Shown in pieces: positions 62,258-64,000 of a stretch of 64,000 bases of DNA. Within the stretch, counting starts at the first letter, position 1. Each line of letters opens with the position of its first letter. A program made the translations under genes and the position numbers. The notes below the pieces were generated by a model that made no database searches, was not told where the DNA came from, and saw nothing but the letters and a program-made list of their open reading frames with translations. This DNA is from an uncultured Deinococcaceae bacterium (GTDB lineage Bacteria > Deinococcota > Deinococci > Deinococcales > Deinococcaceae). The stretch spans positions 119,549 to 183,548 of the forward strand of contig CAXULY010000001.1 of NCBI GenBank assembly GCA_964252075.1. The letters are read 5' to 3'.

Positions 62258-62646
62258 CAGGGGACCGCGACGGAACCAGTTGCCCGGGGGCGGGCGGCGA
62301 GCACGGCTTCCACCGTGTCCACCAGATCGCTGGGCCGGAAAGGCTTCACCACGTAGGCGTCCCCCAGCGTGCGGCCCTCCGCGAGGTGACTGGGCGCGGA
62401 CAGCCCGGACAGGAACACAATCGCCGGCGCGCGCGGCAGGGCGCGCAGGGCGCGCGCCGTCTCGAAACCGTCCATGGGGCGCATCAGCACATCCAGGATG
62501 ACCAGATCGGGCGGCAGCGCCGCGGCCCGCTCCAGCGCCTCCGGACCGCCGCGCGCGGTGTCCACTTCGTAACCGTGCAGGCCGAGCGTGAAGGCGAGCA
62601 ACTCCAGAATCTGGTGCTCGTCATCCACGATCAGCAACCGGCTCAC
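62257..62646 (-). CDS. Single-domain response regulator
   Basis: LLIVDD, DLVILDVLMRPMDG, FLSG, VKPF. Confidence 0.9.
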   Translation of the reverse strand: MSRLLIVDDEHQILELLAFTLGLHGYEVDTARGGPEALERAAALPPDLVILDVLMRPMDGFETARALRALPRAPAIVFLSGLSAPSHLAEGRTLGDAYVVKPFRPSDLVDTVEAVLAARPRATGSVAVP

Positions 62647-62654
62647 GCGCGGCC

Positions 62655-64000
62655 TTAAGGCAGCAGCCCGAGGGGGTCCACGGCGTGACCCGCGAGGCGA
62701 ACCTCGAAGTGCAGGTGCGGGCCCGTGCAGATGCCCGTGCACCCCACGTACCCGAGGAGCTCGCCCTGGCGCACGTGCTGGCCCGCCTGCACCGCGGTGC
62801 GGCTCATGTGGCCGTAAATGACGGTGGCGTCGCCGTCATCCACCCAGACGTTCAGTCCGAAATCACCGAAACCCGACTGGCGCACCACCCCATCCGTCGC
62901 GGCGTGAATGGGTGTGCCCATGGGCGCCGCGAGGTCCACCCCGCCGTGGAAGAACTCCTGGTGGAACTCGATGTCGCGCTCGCCGAAGCGGGAGGTGATG
63001 CGGTAACTGCGCATTGGCCAGATGATACCCGCGTCCCCAAACGCCGCCTGCCGCAAAGTAGGCGTGCCTTTCGGGGTGCGCGCCGCCTGCTGCGCCTGCA
63101 GCTTGCGCCGCGCCTCCACCTGCTGCGCGAGGAACTTCTGGTACTGCGCCTGGCGGGCGTACCGCTCCTGCAGCGCCCGGCGCTCCGGGCTCTTCAGGTA
63201 CGCCTGGTACGCGTCGTACTTGCGTTGCAGTGCCGCCGCCGCGAGCGCCCTCTGGCGCTGCACCGCCTGCTGGTGCGCGAGGTACCGCTGGTACTGCGCG
63301 AGCTGCGCTTCCCGGTGGGCGTGCAGGGCGGCGCGCGCGCGGCGGGCGAGGAGCTCCGTCATGAGGCCCTGGGCGCGCACGCCGGGCAGCAGCAGGTAAT
63401 CGCCCGCGCGGAGGTCGGTGGGCGAGGCGAGGTGGTTCGCCTGCGCGACCCGCACGGGATCCGCGCGGTACGCACGCATGAGGCCCAGCGCGTCCTGACC
63501 GGGCTTGACCTGCACGAGCAGGCCGCGCTGCCGCGTGGGGATCAGCACCTCCTGCCCGACCGCGAGCTCGTCGAGGCTCTCGGTGGCGAGGTTGGCGCTC
63601 ACGAGTTCAAGGGTGCTGAGGCCATAGCGCGCGGCGAGCGCGCCGATGGTCTCGCCGGGCTTCACCGTGTGCGTCAGCACGCCGGGCGGCAGCTGGCGGT
63701 CCACGCGCGTCGCCGTGACCTTGAGGGGCACCACGGCGCCCGGCTTGAGGGCCGCCGTGGGGCTCACCGTGAGCTGCCGGGGGTCCACCCCGTAGGCCGC
63801 GGCGAGGCGCGCGGGCGTGTCGCCCGCGCGGGCGAACGCGTACACCGTGGCGGTCGCGGGCGCTTCCGGCGCGCGCTGCATGGTCAGGTGCATGGGCGTC
63901 GCGAGCAGCGAAGCCGCCGAGAAGTCGGGCAGAACATGGACAGGCGAGGCCGACGCGGAGAGGGGAAGCATCAGAAGCAGCGCGCTCAGGCACTTGAAAG
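62655..64000 (-). CDS. LysM + M23 peptidase (5' end runs off window)
   Basis: HTVKPGETI LysM repeats, coiled coil, HGGVD, YGHM, TGPHLHFEVR; frame is open to the window edge. Confidence 0.9.
   Translation of the reverse strand, partial: FKCLSALLLMLPLSASASPVHVLPDFSAASLLATPMHLTMQRAPEAPATATVYAFARAGDTPARLAAAYGVDPRQLTVSPTAALKPGAVVPLKVTATRVDRQLPPGVLTHTVKPGETIGALAARYGLSTLELVSANLATESLDELAVGQEVLIPTRQRGLLVQVKPGQDALGLMRAYRADPVRVAQANHLASPTDLRAGDYLLLPGVRAQGLMTELLARRARAALHAHREAQLAQYQRYLAHQQAVQRQRALAAAALQRKYDAYQAYLKSPERRALQERYARQAQYQKFLAQQVEARRKLQAQQAARTPKGTPTLRQAAFGDAGIIWPMRSYRITSRFGERDIEFHQEFFHGGVDLAAPMGTPIHAATDGVVRQSGFGDFGLNVWVDDGDATVIYGHMSRTAVQAGQHVRQGELLGYVGCTGICTGPHLHFEVRLAGHAVDPLGLLP

Overview
High-GC (about 70%) chromosomal window, almost certainly from a Deinococcus species (ddrA with two RDRM operators, pervasive leaderless -10 boxes). 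It is mostly housekeeping: uvrC, trpBA, ackA, lnt, aspartate kinase, smpB, smc, gap-pgk-tpiA, hisS-aspS, asnS, pepF and pdxST, plus a peptidoglycan-peptide recycling-like operon, sugar ABC parts and three decayed genes. The notable part is non-coding. (i) Two intact Xer-like tyrosine recombinase genes sit with no mobile-element cargo; one dif-like 11-6-11 site (51409-51436) lies between them and a 13-6-13 palindrome (50227-50258) lies just upstream of the first. (ii) Five copies of an asymmetric, AT-rich 40-41 bp intergenic element (CAAAA(A/T)N-TTCACGA-N9/10-TCGTGAA-N4-TTCACT) are spread over 38 kb and invert orientation across the recombinase/dif-like locus. Together these suggest a replication-terminus region with a possibly undescribed polar site system. 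A Rex-like operator or terminator/repeat origin are alternatives that cannot be excluded from sequence alone. Product names come from motif recognition, not database searches.
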